Part shown: positions 19,895-28,640 of the stretch, in pieces
How the letters are laid out: each line of letters begins with the position of its first letter
Position numbering within the stretch: position 1 is the stretch's first letter
Origin: Shigella phage PSD9
DNA length: 64,000 nucleotides
Direction: 5' to 3' (one strand)
Sequence record: MZ561532
Made by a program: the position numbers and the translations under genes
Notes under the pieces: generated by a model
What the model was told of the DNA's origin: nothing
What the model saw: the letters and a program-made list of their open reading frames with translations, nothing else
Databases searched by the model: none

Positions 19895-20863
19895 TTAGTA
19901 TTTGTATTCGTTTGCGAACTGTTCGGTGACGTCTTCTAGAACTTCATAATAACATACACGCATTTTAGCATCACCGTAATCGACCGGAATACTAACAACA
20001 TCACGTGGGTTAACTTTACATGAAACCACTTTACAGCTTGAGTTACCAAAATGACCGATATAACTACGAGAGCAAACGTGCAGACCACTTGAACAGGTTA
20101 CTTCATCATCGTCATTTACACGAGAACGAGGCATTTTAACCGGTTTGCCTGGTGAGTTATCAAACGTACCGGTACGGCAGTCGGTGTAATCGGAGTTAAC
20201 CACCTTCCACGTAATAAAGTGACCATCTTCAGTAATTTTGATGTCGTTTGCCACCAAGAAGTCGAACAAACGTTGTACAGCTTTTTCGCTTGGGTTTTCT
20301 AACAGGTTCTCAAGGAACGGCAGGTAGAATTCAAAGTCTTCACCATTTTCCATTGAAGTAATAATACGGTCAATCAATCCTGAACGCAATTCAATGCCTT
20401 GGTAAACCAGACGTCCACCTTCAATACGAACGTTACCTTTGACGAAGGCCTTAACGGCTTCTTTAATGGAAATCAGTTTAATCGCGTCATCGAAACGAGA
20501 TTCTTTAAGAGCCTGTACGATGGCATCAAAATGTTTGTTCTTATTAGTGGTGTTCCATACTGTACGACCTTCAGTGATGGATACGAATTTAGAACTCGCG
20601 TTCCAGATAATTTCAGGGCGAGAGCCGCCAATAGTAACTTCAACGGGAACTTCACGAGGCTCGTTAGGAACTGTTACTTTGATATTTCCGGTAATAACTA
20701 CCTGGGCCCGTCCAGCTCCTTTAGCATTTTTCAGGACTTTACGGATTGTATCAACTGATACACTGTACCAGTCAGCCAACTCATTCTGAGTATAATTACC
20801 AGAAATATATAACTTAACGATTTCAACTTGCTCAGCGGAGGTCAAACACTTAATATTGTACAT
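19895..20863 (-). CDS. rIIB: rIIB protein
   Basis: 322-aa ORF; N-terminus MYNIKCLTSAEQVEIVKLYISGNYTQNELADW and C-terminal region (KMPRSRVNDDDEVTCSSGLHVCSRSYIGHFG...YEVLEDVTEQF) match recalled T4 rIIB. Confidence 0.9.
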   Translation of the reverse strand: MYNIKCLTSAEQVEIVKLYISGNYTQNELADWYSVSVDTIRKVLKNAKGAGRAQVVITGNIKVTVPNEPREVPVEVTIGGSRPEIIWNASSKFVSITEGRTVWNTTNKNKHFDAIVQALKESRFDDAIKLISIKEAVKAFVKGNVRIEGGRLVYQGIELRSGLIDRIITSMENGEDFEFYLPFLENLLENPSEKAVQRLFDFLVANDIKITEDGHFITWKVVNSDYTDCRTGTFDNSPGKPVKMPRSRVNDDDEVTCSSGLHVCSRSYIGHFGNSSCKVVSCKVNPRDVVSIPVDYGDAKMRVCYYEVLEDVTEQFANEYKY

Positions 20864-20877
20864 AATATTTCCTTAGA

Positions 20878-23088
20878 TTAAGCCGCTTCCACGGCTTTCA
20901 TGAATTTAACAATTTGAGCTACAGAAGCCTCGGTAATGGATGTTCCACGACGATACATGTAGTCCGAAACTAAATGGTAATCAGATTCAAACTGTACAGT
21001 CATTTTATCATTGTTGCTTGAAGCATTATCAGTCAACTTAAAAAAAGTATTGTTACAAATTTTCTTGATAACGGAAAGCTTATCATCAGTGATATAACCA
21101 TGGAAATTCATATAACGGAATATATCATAGAAATTACTCAGACGAGTATATGCTTCAGTTACCGGCTTATCACTGAAATACTTGGTCATGAAATTAAGCT
21201 GAGGGAACTTAGCAATGATTTCAAGGTAATACCGAGCTCGAGTATTGCTACCAAGGTAGTCATCAACATCTACCGCGTCTAAGGCTTCAGCATAGGCTTC
21301 TAATGTAGCTTCCATCAAGCATTCGCACTGGCCTAACTTTTTAATCTTTTTGGCAATCTGAGGGCGAATGATATGGAATTCGGTAGCACCAATCAAATTA
21401 GCCATACGACACATGGTAGTGGTATTGATGTCAAAGATACCATAAGCTTCATCCATTCCCATGATATCAGAACGACTGCCAAACAGAACATAACCTGTAA
21501 TTTCTTCTGCTTCGGCAGCAGTCAAATACATGGTCTCTTGTTGCCAGCGCCCGTCTTTAATGAACCAACGATAAGCACTCGGTGTTTTAGGACGCGGTTC
21601 TGATGAACGGACAGTAACCGGAATCCATGGCTTAACAATTTTATTCAGTTCAGAGACTTTATAAAAATGAATTGTGTCACCTTTAAAAAGTTCTTTAACC
21701 TTTTCAAGTTGTTGCATTTGCAACATTGAATTTGGGTCGACAAAAATAAGGTCAGTTCCGTATTTAGGAATATTGTTCTCTTTAACAATTTTCTTAGCCG
21801 AAGCACTGTTGTCCATTGCCAGAGCCCAAAGACCTCGAACTAATGGCACACGACCTTTTTCATCATCATAAACAACATGGATTTCTTTCTTATTAATGCC
21901 TAATAAATTACTAAGTCCTGCTACCGAAGAAGTATTACCACTTGACTTAATTCGTTTCAAACGTGGGTCTGAAACGACTTCGTAAACCACACCTAAATTA
22001 ATAAGGTCGTTTTGAAGGGTATAACGCTGGTATAATTTCTCATATGTCAATTTTTCTGTAGTAAACAGGCTAGTTCCACCTTTTTTGGTAAGATAGTCAC
22101 GAGCACTGTAACCAAGGTTAGAAAGGTCACGATAAACATGGCGTGGATTATCAGATTCAACCCATTCCTGTGTATCGTTTTTAAAGACCACTGCATCCAG
22201 TGCTTCGATACGGGTTGCAATATTTTCCATCGTACGTTTATCAAGAGACAACACTTCACGAGAAGGAGCAATATCCAGTGAACCCATAGGGAACTTAATA
22301 TAAACTACATCATGGCGAGTACGCATCCACGTGCCTTTATTATAGGCGGAATCCAATGGATAAACAATACCACCATAAACTGCATAAAGTCCTGAACGTT
22401 CGAAGCTGCCATAATTTGTAGTGGTTACAGGATGGTAATCGTCAAATTCAGGGAAATAATCAACTTCAACACCGTCTACATCACCAAGACCAATGAAAGG
22501 CCGCATGATATAACGAACTTCAGTTTCAAACTTACGGAAATCTTCTTCATCAACAGGAACCGTGATTTCGATACCTGTTTTATCACCTGGCTGCATAGGT
22601 TCTACGAAAGTAGGTTTAATCTGCGGGCCATCACCATCCATATATGCTACATAACCGCGAACTTCGCCATTGTGCCATGAGGTAATATTAAACGTTTCGG
22701 TATAACTGAACGGAGATTTTGAACCAAGGCCAAAGCCGCCGATGAAATCGTTAGAAGCGGTTTTGGACGACGCGAAATAAGAGTTATACAAACCTGTTTC
22801 GTTTTCATCACCACGAATTTGGAAATCACTCATACCCGGCCCGAAGTCACGGCATACAAAGCGAGGGTCCAGTTTACCAGGAACCTGTACTTTCCAACGT
22901 TCTTTATTACCATTTAGAATATGGGCATCAATCATGTTAGTAATCAGTTCACGAACTACGGCACGTACTTTATTACTATAAAGGTCTGATGACAAAATTT
23001 TAAAGACCTTAGGCGATGCCTGAATAGTAAAGCCTGTGGACTTAGCACCATTACCAATGATTTGTTCTTTTTCGGTTTCAATAATCAT
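20878..23088 (-). CDS. rIIA: rIIA protein
   Basis: 736-aa ORF; N-terminal ATPase-like region (MIIETEKEQIIGNGAKSTGFTIQASPKVFKILSSDLYSNKVRAVVRELITNMIDAH) as in T4 rIIA. Confidence 0.9.
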   Translation of the reverse strand: MIIETEKEQIIGNGAKSTGFTIQASPKVFKILSSDLYSNKVRAVVRELITNMIDAHILNGNKERWKVQVPGKLDPRFVCRDFGPGMSDFQIRGDENETGLYNSYFASSKTASNDFIGGFGLGSKSPFSYTETFNITSWHNGEVRGYVAYMDGDGPQIKPTFVEPMQPGDKTGIEITVPVDEEDFRKFETEVRYIMRPFIGLGDVDGVEVDYFPEFDDYHPVTTTNYGSFERSGLYAVYGGIVYPLDSAYNKGTWMRTRHDVVYIKFPMGSLDIAPSREVLSLDKRTMENIATRIEALDAVVFKNDTQEWVESDNPRHVYRDLSNLGYSARDYLTKKGGTSLFTTEKLTYEKLYQRYTLQNDLINLGVVYEVVSDPRLKRIKSSGNTSSVAGLSNLLGINKKEIHVVYDDEKGRVPLVRGLWALAMDNSASAKKIVKENNIPKYGTDLIFVDPNSMLQMQQLEKVKELFKGDTIHFYKVSELNKIVKPWIPVTVRSSEPRPKTPSAYRWFIKDGRWQQETMYLTAAEAEEITGYVLFGSRSDIMGMDEAYGIFDINTTTMCRMANLIGATEFHIIRPQIAKKIKKLGQCECLMEATLEAYAEALDAVDVDDYLGSNTRARYYLEIIAKFPQLNFMTKYFSDKPVTEAYTRLSNFYDIFRYMNFHGYITDDKLSVIKKICNNTFFKLTDNASSNNDKMTVQFESDYHLVSDYMYRRGTSITEASVAQIVKFMKAVEAA

Positions 23089-23095
23089 ATTTTTC

Positions 23096-23299
23096 TCAAT
23101 TCAGGTTACGTTTAAAAATGTCTGCCACTTCAAGGAGCTCGTCCTTAGTAGCGATGTCGTTGAGTATTTTATATCTGATTTCTTTAAAGCGTTCTTTAAA
23201 ATCCTCAGCCGCATTGATATCAAAAAATCGTTGGATTAACCGGAATTCTTTATGGACAGCTTTATCGAACAAATCAATATTCACTTTAAAGTTTGTCAT
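23096..23299 (-). CDS. Hypothetical protein (67 aa)
   Basis: Track ORF immediately upstream of rIIA. Confidence 0.5.
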   Translation of the reverse strand: MTNFKVNIDLFDKAVHKEFRLIQRFFDINAAEDFKERFKEIRYKILNDIATKDELLEVADIFKRNLN

Positions 23300-23609
23300 T
23301 TTTAACTACCTCATGTTGAACATATTCTCTGGTAGAACCTAGTTCAGCCAGAATTCTTCTCATAGAACCCATTGTACTTTTGTGCTCTCTGTGGCGATAC
23401 ATTATCTCTAAAACCTTTTCCTGGACCACAGGAGAGAGCGCCTGGTTATCTTTAATCTTTAAGGCAATAGATTTTACAGCCTTAAGGTATTCAAGTCCCT
23501 TACCGCTTGTAGTCACTACTCCTTCATCTTTACAGTTACGAATGGCCGTTTCCATAAAGGATAAAGCTAGATTGTCAGTGTTCACTATACTGTTATCTTG
23601 CATAATCAT
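23286..23609 (-). CDS. Hypothetical protein (about 107 aa; start uncertain)
   Basis: Track ORF 23286..23642 starts at GTG; ATG 23609 (MIMQDNSIVN...) preceded by SD GAGGTGA. Confidence 0.45.
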   Translation of the reverse strand: MIMQDNSIVNTDNLALSFMETAIRNCKDEGVVTTSGKGLEYLKAVKSIALKIKDNQALSPVVQEKVLEIMYRHREHKSTMGSMRRILAELGSTREYVQHEVVKNDKL

Positions 23610-23660
23610 ATTCTCACCTCTAGATAATCCTATCATAACCACAGGTCTTTGTAAACCCCG

Positions 23661-23678
23661 AAAAGGGCCCGAAGGCCC
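23661..23678 (-). terminator. Intrinsic terminator GGGCC-UUCG-GGCCC plus U4
   Basis: gggcccgaaggccc preceded by aaaa on the plus strand; on the minus transcript it follows the small ORF stop. Confidence 0.55.
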
Positions 23679-23686
23679 TTATTAGT

Positions 23687-23848
23687 TTAGTTACTTGAAT
23701 CGACCTTATAGACTTGTCCGCGGGTTTGGTAAACTTCGCCGTCCCATGTCTCGACTGTAATAGTCACGTATTCTGCAAACTGAGGTCTAGTATCAGTCCA
23801 GATATAACCGTATTCACCGGTGACGAGCGTAACCCAGTACTTTCTCAT
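23687..23848 (-). CDS. Small hypothetical protein (53 aa, below the ORF-track cutoff)
   Basis: ATG 23848 with strong SD AAAGGAG; translation MRKYWVTLVTGEYGYIWTDTRPQFAEYVTITVETWDGEVYQTRGQVYKVDSSN; frame cross-checked against the overlapping plus-strand track ORF. Confidence 0.4.
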   Translation of the reverse strand: MRKYWVTLVTGEYGYIWTDTRPQFAEYVTITVETWDGEVYQTRGQVYKVDSSN

Positions 23849-23892
23849 AAAGTCTCCTTTTGTATGGCACCAATTAGTACCATACGTATTTA

Positions 23893-25710
23893 TTACGACA
23901 TCCAGGCCTTACGGAGTTGTGGGTCATTACCAAGGAGCATTTCGAACTGTTCTTTCCAATCTTCAGGTAATTGAACCACATCAAATTTAGGGTCTTGAAT
24001 CATTCGACGGTATTCAGCTTTCTCAAGAGAACCTAGTCCTTTGATATACCGAATAGAATGTTTTGGTAGAGAGTCCTTAGCTTTGGTATAACTAGGAACA
24101 TCATAGAACCATTCTTGTTCTTTACCAACCTGGGCAATAATTACAGGTGTTTTACAGAAACGTACTCGGCCTTGTTCGAACAATTCAGGCCATTGGCTAA
24201 AGAAGGCTAGCAATGATGGATAAATCGAGCCAGTACCATCCACATCGGCATCAGTCATAATAGCAATATTACGATAGTTAGTTTTCTCTGCAGGTTCACC
24301 AATAACCAATCCAGTGATTGCACAGATATCAAATAGTTCTTTGTTCTTCATGATATCTGTTGCTGTCATTCCCCAGGTATTCATAACCTTACCACGTAAT
24401 GGGTAACCGCCTTGAAGGTCTTTATTACGGACTTCAATGAAAGGACCCATAGCGGAATCACCTTCGGTTAGGAACAGGGTTGTATCAGCATCTTTGCCGT
24501 ATAGGTTAGCTTTAATATGCTTATGGACCTTGGCTTTAGAAGCTTTCTTAGCGGCTTTAGTTTCGGCAGCCTTTTCAGCTGCCAATTTACGTGCTAAAGC
24601 AGCTTCAACGATAGGCATAATCAACCCATCAACTTTAAGAATGGCTTGAGCAATTTTCTTAGCATCAATTTGGATATGATTGCGAATCTCACCAAAAGGA
24701 GAGGTCAAACGTTCTTTAGTCTGTGAATCAAAACGCATGTTGCTCATATCACGAATGAACATCACCATCGTAAGGCATTCTTTAACACGAGCTTTAGTTA
24801 CTTCAATTCCACGGTATTTCTTTTTAATGCCTGGCAGAAGGTGTTCACAAATATCATCGAATACACATTCAACGTGGTGGCCACCATTCTTGGTGTGGAT
24901 ATTGTTTACATAAGTCAGTTGACGGAATCCATCCGGAGAAGGAGTAAATGCCATCGAAACATTATCGGTTTCTTGGATTACAAAGTCTTCACCAAATTGC
25001 TTAGCATACTTTTTAAAGTTGCCATCTACTTTTTTACCATTAAAAGTAAATTGAATATCAGGATAAACTACGGCCAGAGTTTGCAATCGGTCTAATGTAA
25101 TATCCAGATAAATTTGTGACAGGCTATTTTCTTCGAAATGATTAAAGTCTGGGGTGAATATAACCGAAGTACCCTTACCTTTAGATTTCTTAGTAGACCA
25201 ACCTTTGTTTTCCATTCCGTTTGAACAGTTAACAGTAATCTCATTCTCACCATCAGAGGTGATGCCTGTGAACAAAACAGAGAAGATATTAGTTAAACTA
25301 CTACCGACACCATTCATGCCGCCTGTCTTACGCTCAGCGTCATCTCCAAAGTTACCACCTGCCTTTGGAATAGTCCATGCAGCTACAGGACCTGGAATCT
25401 GTTCACCATTTTGGTCGGTGACCATTGCTTGTGGAATACCACGACCATTATCAGAAACTGAAACCTGGTTATTCTTAATTTGAACATCAATTTTATTTGC
25501 GAATTTAAAATTGGTACGAATAGCTTCATCGACAGAGTTATCAATGATTTCGTCAATTAATTTAACCAGTCCAGGAACATAGTTTACCTGTGTAAAATTG
25601 CCAAACAGGAATCGACCGTGAGCTTCATTAGCACTGGAGCCAATATACATCCCACTACGTTTTTTGATATGTTCAATGTCGGACAGTACTTTAATTTCAT
25701 TCTTAATCAT
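23893..25710 (-). CDS. 39: DNA topoisomerase II large (ATPase) subunit, genes 39 and 60 fused
   Basis: 605-aa continuous ORF; GyrB-like N-terminus (MIKNEIKVLSDIEHIKKRSGMYIGS...); longer than T4 gp39, consistent with a C-terminal gp60-equivalent segment and no separate gene 60. Confidence 0.9.
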   Translation of the reverse strand: MIKNEIKVLSDIEHIKKRSGMYIGSSANEAHGRFLFGNFTQVNYVPGLVKLIDEIIDNSVDEAIRTNFKFANKIDVQIKNNQVSVSDNGRGIPQAMVTDQNGEQIPGPVAAWTIPKAGGNFGDDAERKTGGMNGVGSSLTNIFSVLFTGITSDGENEITVNCSNGMENKGWSTKKSKGKGTSVIFTPDFNHFEENSLSQIYLDITLDRLQTLAVVYPDIQFTFNGKKVDGNFKKYAKQFGEDFVIQETDNVSMAFTPSPDGFRQLTYVNNIHTKNGGHHVECVFDDICEHLLPGIKKKYRGIEVTKARVKECLTMVMFIRDMSNMRFDSQTKERLTSPFGEIRNHIQIDAKKIAQAILKVDGLIMPIVEAALARKLAAEKAAETKAAKKASKAKVHKHIKANLYGKDADTTLFLTEGDSAMGPFIEVRNKDLQGGYPLRGKVMNTWGMTATDIMKNKELFDICAITGLVIGEPAEKTNYRNIAIMTDADVDGTGSIYPSLLAFFSQWPELFEQGRVRFCKTPVIIAQVGKEQEWFYDVPSYTKAKDSLPKHSIRYIKGLGSLEKAEYRRMIQDPKFDVVQLPEDWKEQFEMLLGNDPQLRKAWMS

Positions 25711-25734
25711 GTTATTTCCTCATGTAGTAGGAGA

Positions 25735-25759
25735 ATATTATCCCATTTCACTTAAAGCA
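25735..25759 (-). promoter_or_regulatory. Candidate MotA-dependent middle promoter for gene 39
   Basis: Minus strand aTGCTTTA (MotA-box consensus) then 12 nt then TAATAT, 25 nt upstream of the gene 39 ATG. Confidence 0.4.
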
Positions 25760-25777
25760 TAAAAGGGCCGAAGCCCT
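25760..25777 (-). terminator. Intrinsic terminator GGGC-UUCG-GCCC plus U4
   Basis: gggccgaagccc immediately 3' of the lipoprotein stop on the minus strand, followed by UUUU. Confidence 0.5.
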
Positions 25778-26037
25778 TAATCAAATCGAATGGTCGACTT
25801 TTTAAAGAATAACCCAGAACAAACGGTTCCTTCAACCCTTTTACCCGTCGGACCGACAGCAATAAAGCCTGTACGTTGGAAATCATCTTCAGAGCAGCCA
25901 AATAGGTTGTATCCTGTGATTTGAATTTGTTCGTAGCCATTTGCATCCAATACACGGGTAGCATTATCGGCATCAGTACAACCAACCAACGAAACGGCTA
26001 GTACAAGAGCTGCAATAGAACGATTAATATATTTCAT
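25777..26037 (-). CDS. Predicted lipoprotein (86 aa)
   Basis: Signal peptide with lipobox MKYINRSIAALVLAVSLVGC; ends at the terminator hairpin. Confidence 0.6.
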   Translation of the reverse strand: MKYINRSIAALVLAVSLVGCTDADNATRVLDANGYEQIQITGYNLFGCSEDDFQRTGFIAVGPTGKRVEGTVCSGLFFKKSTIRFD

Positions 26038-26043
26038 AATTTC

Positions 26044-26220
26044 TCACTTAGTCAGCAGGTCGTAAAAACCGCCATTAACATGTTTAGGAGCCGAGACTAA
26101 CCGAACAGCCAGCCGATGGCAATCAGGGCAAACATCATTATCTCTTTCAGAGATTTTCTTGATTTTTTCGTATTCTTTTGCACAGTCTTCAGATTGGCAT
26201 TTGTAATCATAAAGTGGCAT
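26044..26220 (-). CDS. Small zinc-ribbon protein (58 aa, FmdB-like CxxC...CxxC; below the ORF-track cutoff)
   Basis: ATG 26220 with SD AAGGA; translation MPLYDYKCQSEDCAKEYEKIKKISERDNDVCPDCHRLAVRLVSAPKHVNGGFYDLLTK. Confidence 0.45.
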   Translation of the reverse strand: MPLYDYKCQSEDCAKEYEKIKKISERDNDVCPDCHRLAVRLVSAPKHVNGGFYDLLTK

Positions 26221-26221
26221 A

Positions 26222-26617
26222 TTATTCCTTAAAGTGGGCTTTCAACATCTGGTAAACGGTCCAGGCTTCAGAATTATTAGAGATAGTGATTTTAGTCAAA
26301 GGGAAATCACTTGGTTCGGACGGTTCATCACTATCATCGTAGTCATAATCACGGTCTTCGTCGCACTCAACTTCAACCATTTCGGTAAAAAATTTCCTCT
26401 CACTAGCGTATATAACCATATCTTTATTATCGCCGTAAACCAGGTCGAAGTTGATTACACATCCATTTGAAATTTTAACCGGGGAAAAACCTTCACCTTC
26501 AATAATAACATCGGCTACAATATTATTGATATCTCTACGACGGAATTCAGCTTCTGCCGCATCATCTTTAAAATAATACCATTTACCTTTTTCAAATTCA
26601 AGTTCTTGATTAAGCAT
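26222..26617 (-). CDS. Hypothetical acidic protein (about 131 aa; start uncertain)
   Basis: Track ORF 26222..26710; start placed at ATG 26617 to minimise overlap with the upstream gene. Confidence 0.45.
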   Translation of the reverse strand: MLNQELEFEKGKWYYFKDDAAEAEFRRRDINNIVADVIIEGEGFSPVKISNGCVINFDLVYGDNKDMVIYASERKFFTEMVEVECDEDRDYDYDDSDEPSEPSDFPLTKITISNNSEAWTVYQMLKAHFKE

Positions 26618-26828
26618 TATAAGTTTCCTTCCAGAAGTCGGTGCCTTCAGCAGTGATTTCACGGAACACCGCATAGATAGGGTTTTCATCACCTTGGTTT
26701 TCGTATACATAAACCGACGATAAATGAGAAAACGTATCAGAATGTTCCTTTTGAACCACGATTAAATCAGGGTTGAACAGAACATCTTCAAATTCTTCAC
26801 GAGTCGAGTTCACAGTAACTTTAGCCAT
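26610..26828 (-). CDS. Hypothetical protein (72 aa)
   Basis: Track ORF; ATG 26828 downstream of an early promoter. Confidence 0.5.
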   Translation of the reverse strand: MAKVTVNSTREEFEDVLFNPDLIVVQKEHSDTFSHLSSVYVYENQGDENPIYAVFREITAEGTDFWKETYNA

Positions 26829-26847
26829 TTTATTTTCCTCTCATTTG

Positions 26848-26888
26848 TTGATAGGGTAATAGTATCACACTACTACCCTGTTGTATAC
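26848..26888 (-). promoter_or_regulatory. Early promoter with conserved box (variant -35 GTATAC)
   Basis: Minus strand GTATAC-N18-TACTAT-TACCCTATCAA. Confidence 0.45.
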
Positions 26889-26900
26889 TGTTTTTAAACT

Positions 26901-27452
26901 TTATGCAAAATGAATATCAGCGTACTCAACAATAAAACTTTCAGGAACTACTTTAAAGGTGCCAAGGAACACGATGTTATACAGCTTACCACCTTCTTCA
27001 ACCCATTGGTCTGTGATGTAACCGGACATACTAGTGGTTTCATAAGTCGGACCGTACTTGCACTTGTATTCAAACGGTTTAGGTGAAACGAAAAAGACAC
27101 CTTTACCTAATTTCCATTTGAAATCAACACCAACATGAGATTGGTCAATAGTTTCAACGTCTTGAGCTACTACGCCACGGATATCATTGCTTTCACACAC
27201 ATACCCATCATGGGATTCAACTTCTTCAACTACAGGAGCGATGTATCCGGTAAATTCAGTCGATTCCAAGAATTTAGGATGCACATAGGCAAATTCGGTT
27301 TCGGTATGGCCATTTTTAGGAATGATACGCACTTTAACTTCTTTAATTCCACCTACTAAATTAGTACGAATACCTGCAACTTCAACAAAACGACCCGCGG
27401 CTTTTGAGCGAGATTCTTTGGATACACGAACAATTTCACCGATAGTAATCAT
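26901..27452 (-). CDS. Hypothetical protein, paralog A of a tandem pair (183 aa)
   Basis: C-terminal about 45 aa (ITDQWVEEGGKLYNIVFLGTFKVVPESF) is clearly related to the C-terminus of the adjacent ORF 27526..28074. Confidence 0.55.
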   Translation of the reverse strand: MITIGEIVRVSKESRSKAAGRFVEVAGIRTNLVGGIKEVKVRIIPKNGHTETEFAYVHPKFLESTEFTGYIAPVVEEVESHDGYVCESNDIRGVVAQDVETIDQSHVGVDFKWKLGKGVFFVSPKPFEYKCKYGPTYETTSMSGYITDQWVEEGGKLYNIVFLGTFKVVPESFIVEYADIHFA

Positions 27453-27494
27453 AATTTTTCTCTCTTGGTTAAAGGTTTATTCTCCATGAGAGCC

Positions 27495-27523
27495 ATTATA
27501 ACATGGCCCTCGATAAAGTAAAC
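27495..27523 (-). promoter_or_regulatory. Early promoter (GTTTAC-N17-TATAAT)
   Basis: Plus gtaaac 27518..27523 and attata 27495..27500. Confidence 0.5.
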
Positions 27524-27525
27524 TA

Positions 27526-28074
27526 TTAATTCAATACATTAACCACTGCACTACGAGGTACTACACTAAAATCACCAGCATGTACAACGTTCAACAGCTC
27601 AACCCCATCTTCAACCCATTGGTCTGTTACCCATCCACAGATAGGATTATCAAAAGGACGACGGATAGACACAGCACGAGTTAGAAGGTCGGTAGGGCCT
27701 TGTTCTTCAACTTCTTGGAACAGGATGAACTCTGCTTCATAAACCAGGGTTTGCTCAATTTTGTTATTGTCTAAACGACGGCCGTGGAGAATATAGGCTT
27801 TAGAGAACCACTCACTTTTGGCAAATTCTTCAACAATAAATTCGCCTTCGCCAAAAACATCAGTCAGGGTTTTATGGCCGGAAATCAAGGCCTTAGTTTT
27901 AATTTCAGGTTCAACCAGTTTGTAGGTTTTGCCGATTTCGATAGTCTGAGTAGTCATAGTAGGTTCCTTAATTTCCAGTGGTTTAACAGGGCATACATAA
28001 GTGCTTAAAACATCAAAATCAATCAGTTTAGCTGCAGGATTTGGTGTATATTCAGGGTTATAATTAAATTTCAT
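27526..28074 (-). CDS. Hypothetical protein, paralog B of a tandem pair (182 aa)
   Basis: C-terminus VTDQWVEDGVELLNVVHAGDFSVVPRSA shares a domain with ORF 26901..27452. Confidence 0.55.
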   Translation of the reverse strand: MKFNYNPEYTPNPAAKLIDFDVLSTYVCPVKPLEIKEPTMTTQTIEIGKTYKLVEPEIKTKALISGHKTLTDVFGEGEFIVEEFAKSEWFSKAYILHGRRLDNNKIEQTLVYEAEFILFQEVEEQGPTDLLTRAVSIRRPFDNPICGWVTDQWVEDGVELLNVVHAGDFSVVPRSAVVNVLN

Positions 28075-28580
28075 AATTTTCTCATTTCAATAAAATCTAC
28101 GAGTTCGGCATAGGATTTGCGGAACATTAATTGTCGGCCACCGATGACAACCTCATCTTCTGGTATTTCGTAAACAGCAAGATAGAATCCTTTAGAAGAT
28201 AATTCTTCACGCTCTTCACGAGTGAACCAGCGCATCATATCATACTCGCTGGCAAAAGCAAAATGGTAAAGATTAACAAACCAACCTGGAATATAATCAT
28301 CACAGCCTTCATAATCAGGCTGGTCCCACTTAGTTCGAATGGTTTTATTAGAATTTTCCACCAACAACTTGTCTTGACCTGGTAGCGGAATATTTTTATT
28401 ATTGGTATGGTGGTGTCTAAAATTAGGTTTGTCGAAACCTACTTCTAATAACCAACCTTCGCTCCATTCATCAAACGAGCCTCTATACGGTGTTAATTGG
28501 CGGCACTGTTGGTGAGTGATTGCTATAACATCGCTGTTATCTAAGATACTGAACGATGACTCCACTCGATAAATTTTCAT
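28071..28580 (-). CDS. Hypothetical protein (about 169 aa)
   Basis: Track ORF 28071..28622; ATG 28580 (MKIYRVESS...) with SD gaggagaacaaa. Confidence 0.5.
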   Translation of the reverse strand: MKIYRVESSFSILDNSDVIAITHQQCRQLTPYRGSFDEWSEGWLLEVGFDKPNFRHHHTNNKNIPLPGQDKLLVENSNKTIRTKWDQPDYEGCDDYIPGWFVNLYHFAFASEYDMMRWFTREEREELSSKGFYLAVYEIPEDEVVIGGRQLMFRKSYAELVDFIEMRKL

Positions 28581-28596
28581 TTTGTTCTCCTCATGT

Positions 28597-28636
28597 TGAT
28601 AGGGTAGATAATAACATGTCATGAGGAGAAGTAAAC
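28597..28636 (-). promoter_or_regulatory. Early promoter with conserved box
   Basis: Minus strand GTTTAC-N17-TATTAT-CTACCCTATCAA. Confidence 0.5.
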
Positions 28637-28640
28637 ACTT

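Noticed and set aside
20399-20789. Plus-strand track ORFs within rIIB
   Set aside because: Antisense to a well-supported gene
24437-25483. Plus-strand track ORFs within gene 39
   Set aside because: Antisense to the topoisomerase gene; no SD or promoter
23893-25710. Gene 60-type translational bypass (50-nt hop)
   Set aside because: Looked for a split 39/60 arrangement; the ORF is continuous, so no bypass is needed
25752-25985. 77-aa minus-strand ORF overlapping the lipoprotein gene
   Set aside because: Alternative frame of 25777..26037; the lipoprotein frame has a canonical signal peptide and lipobox, this frame has neither
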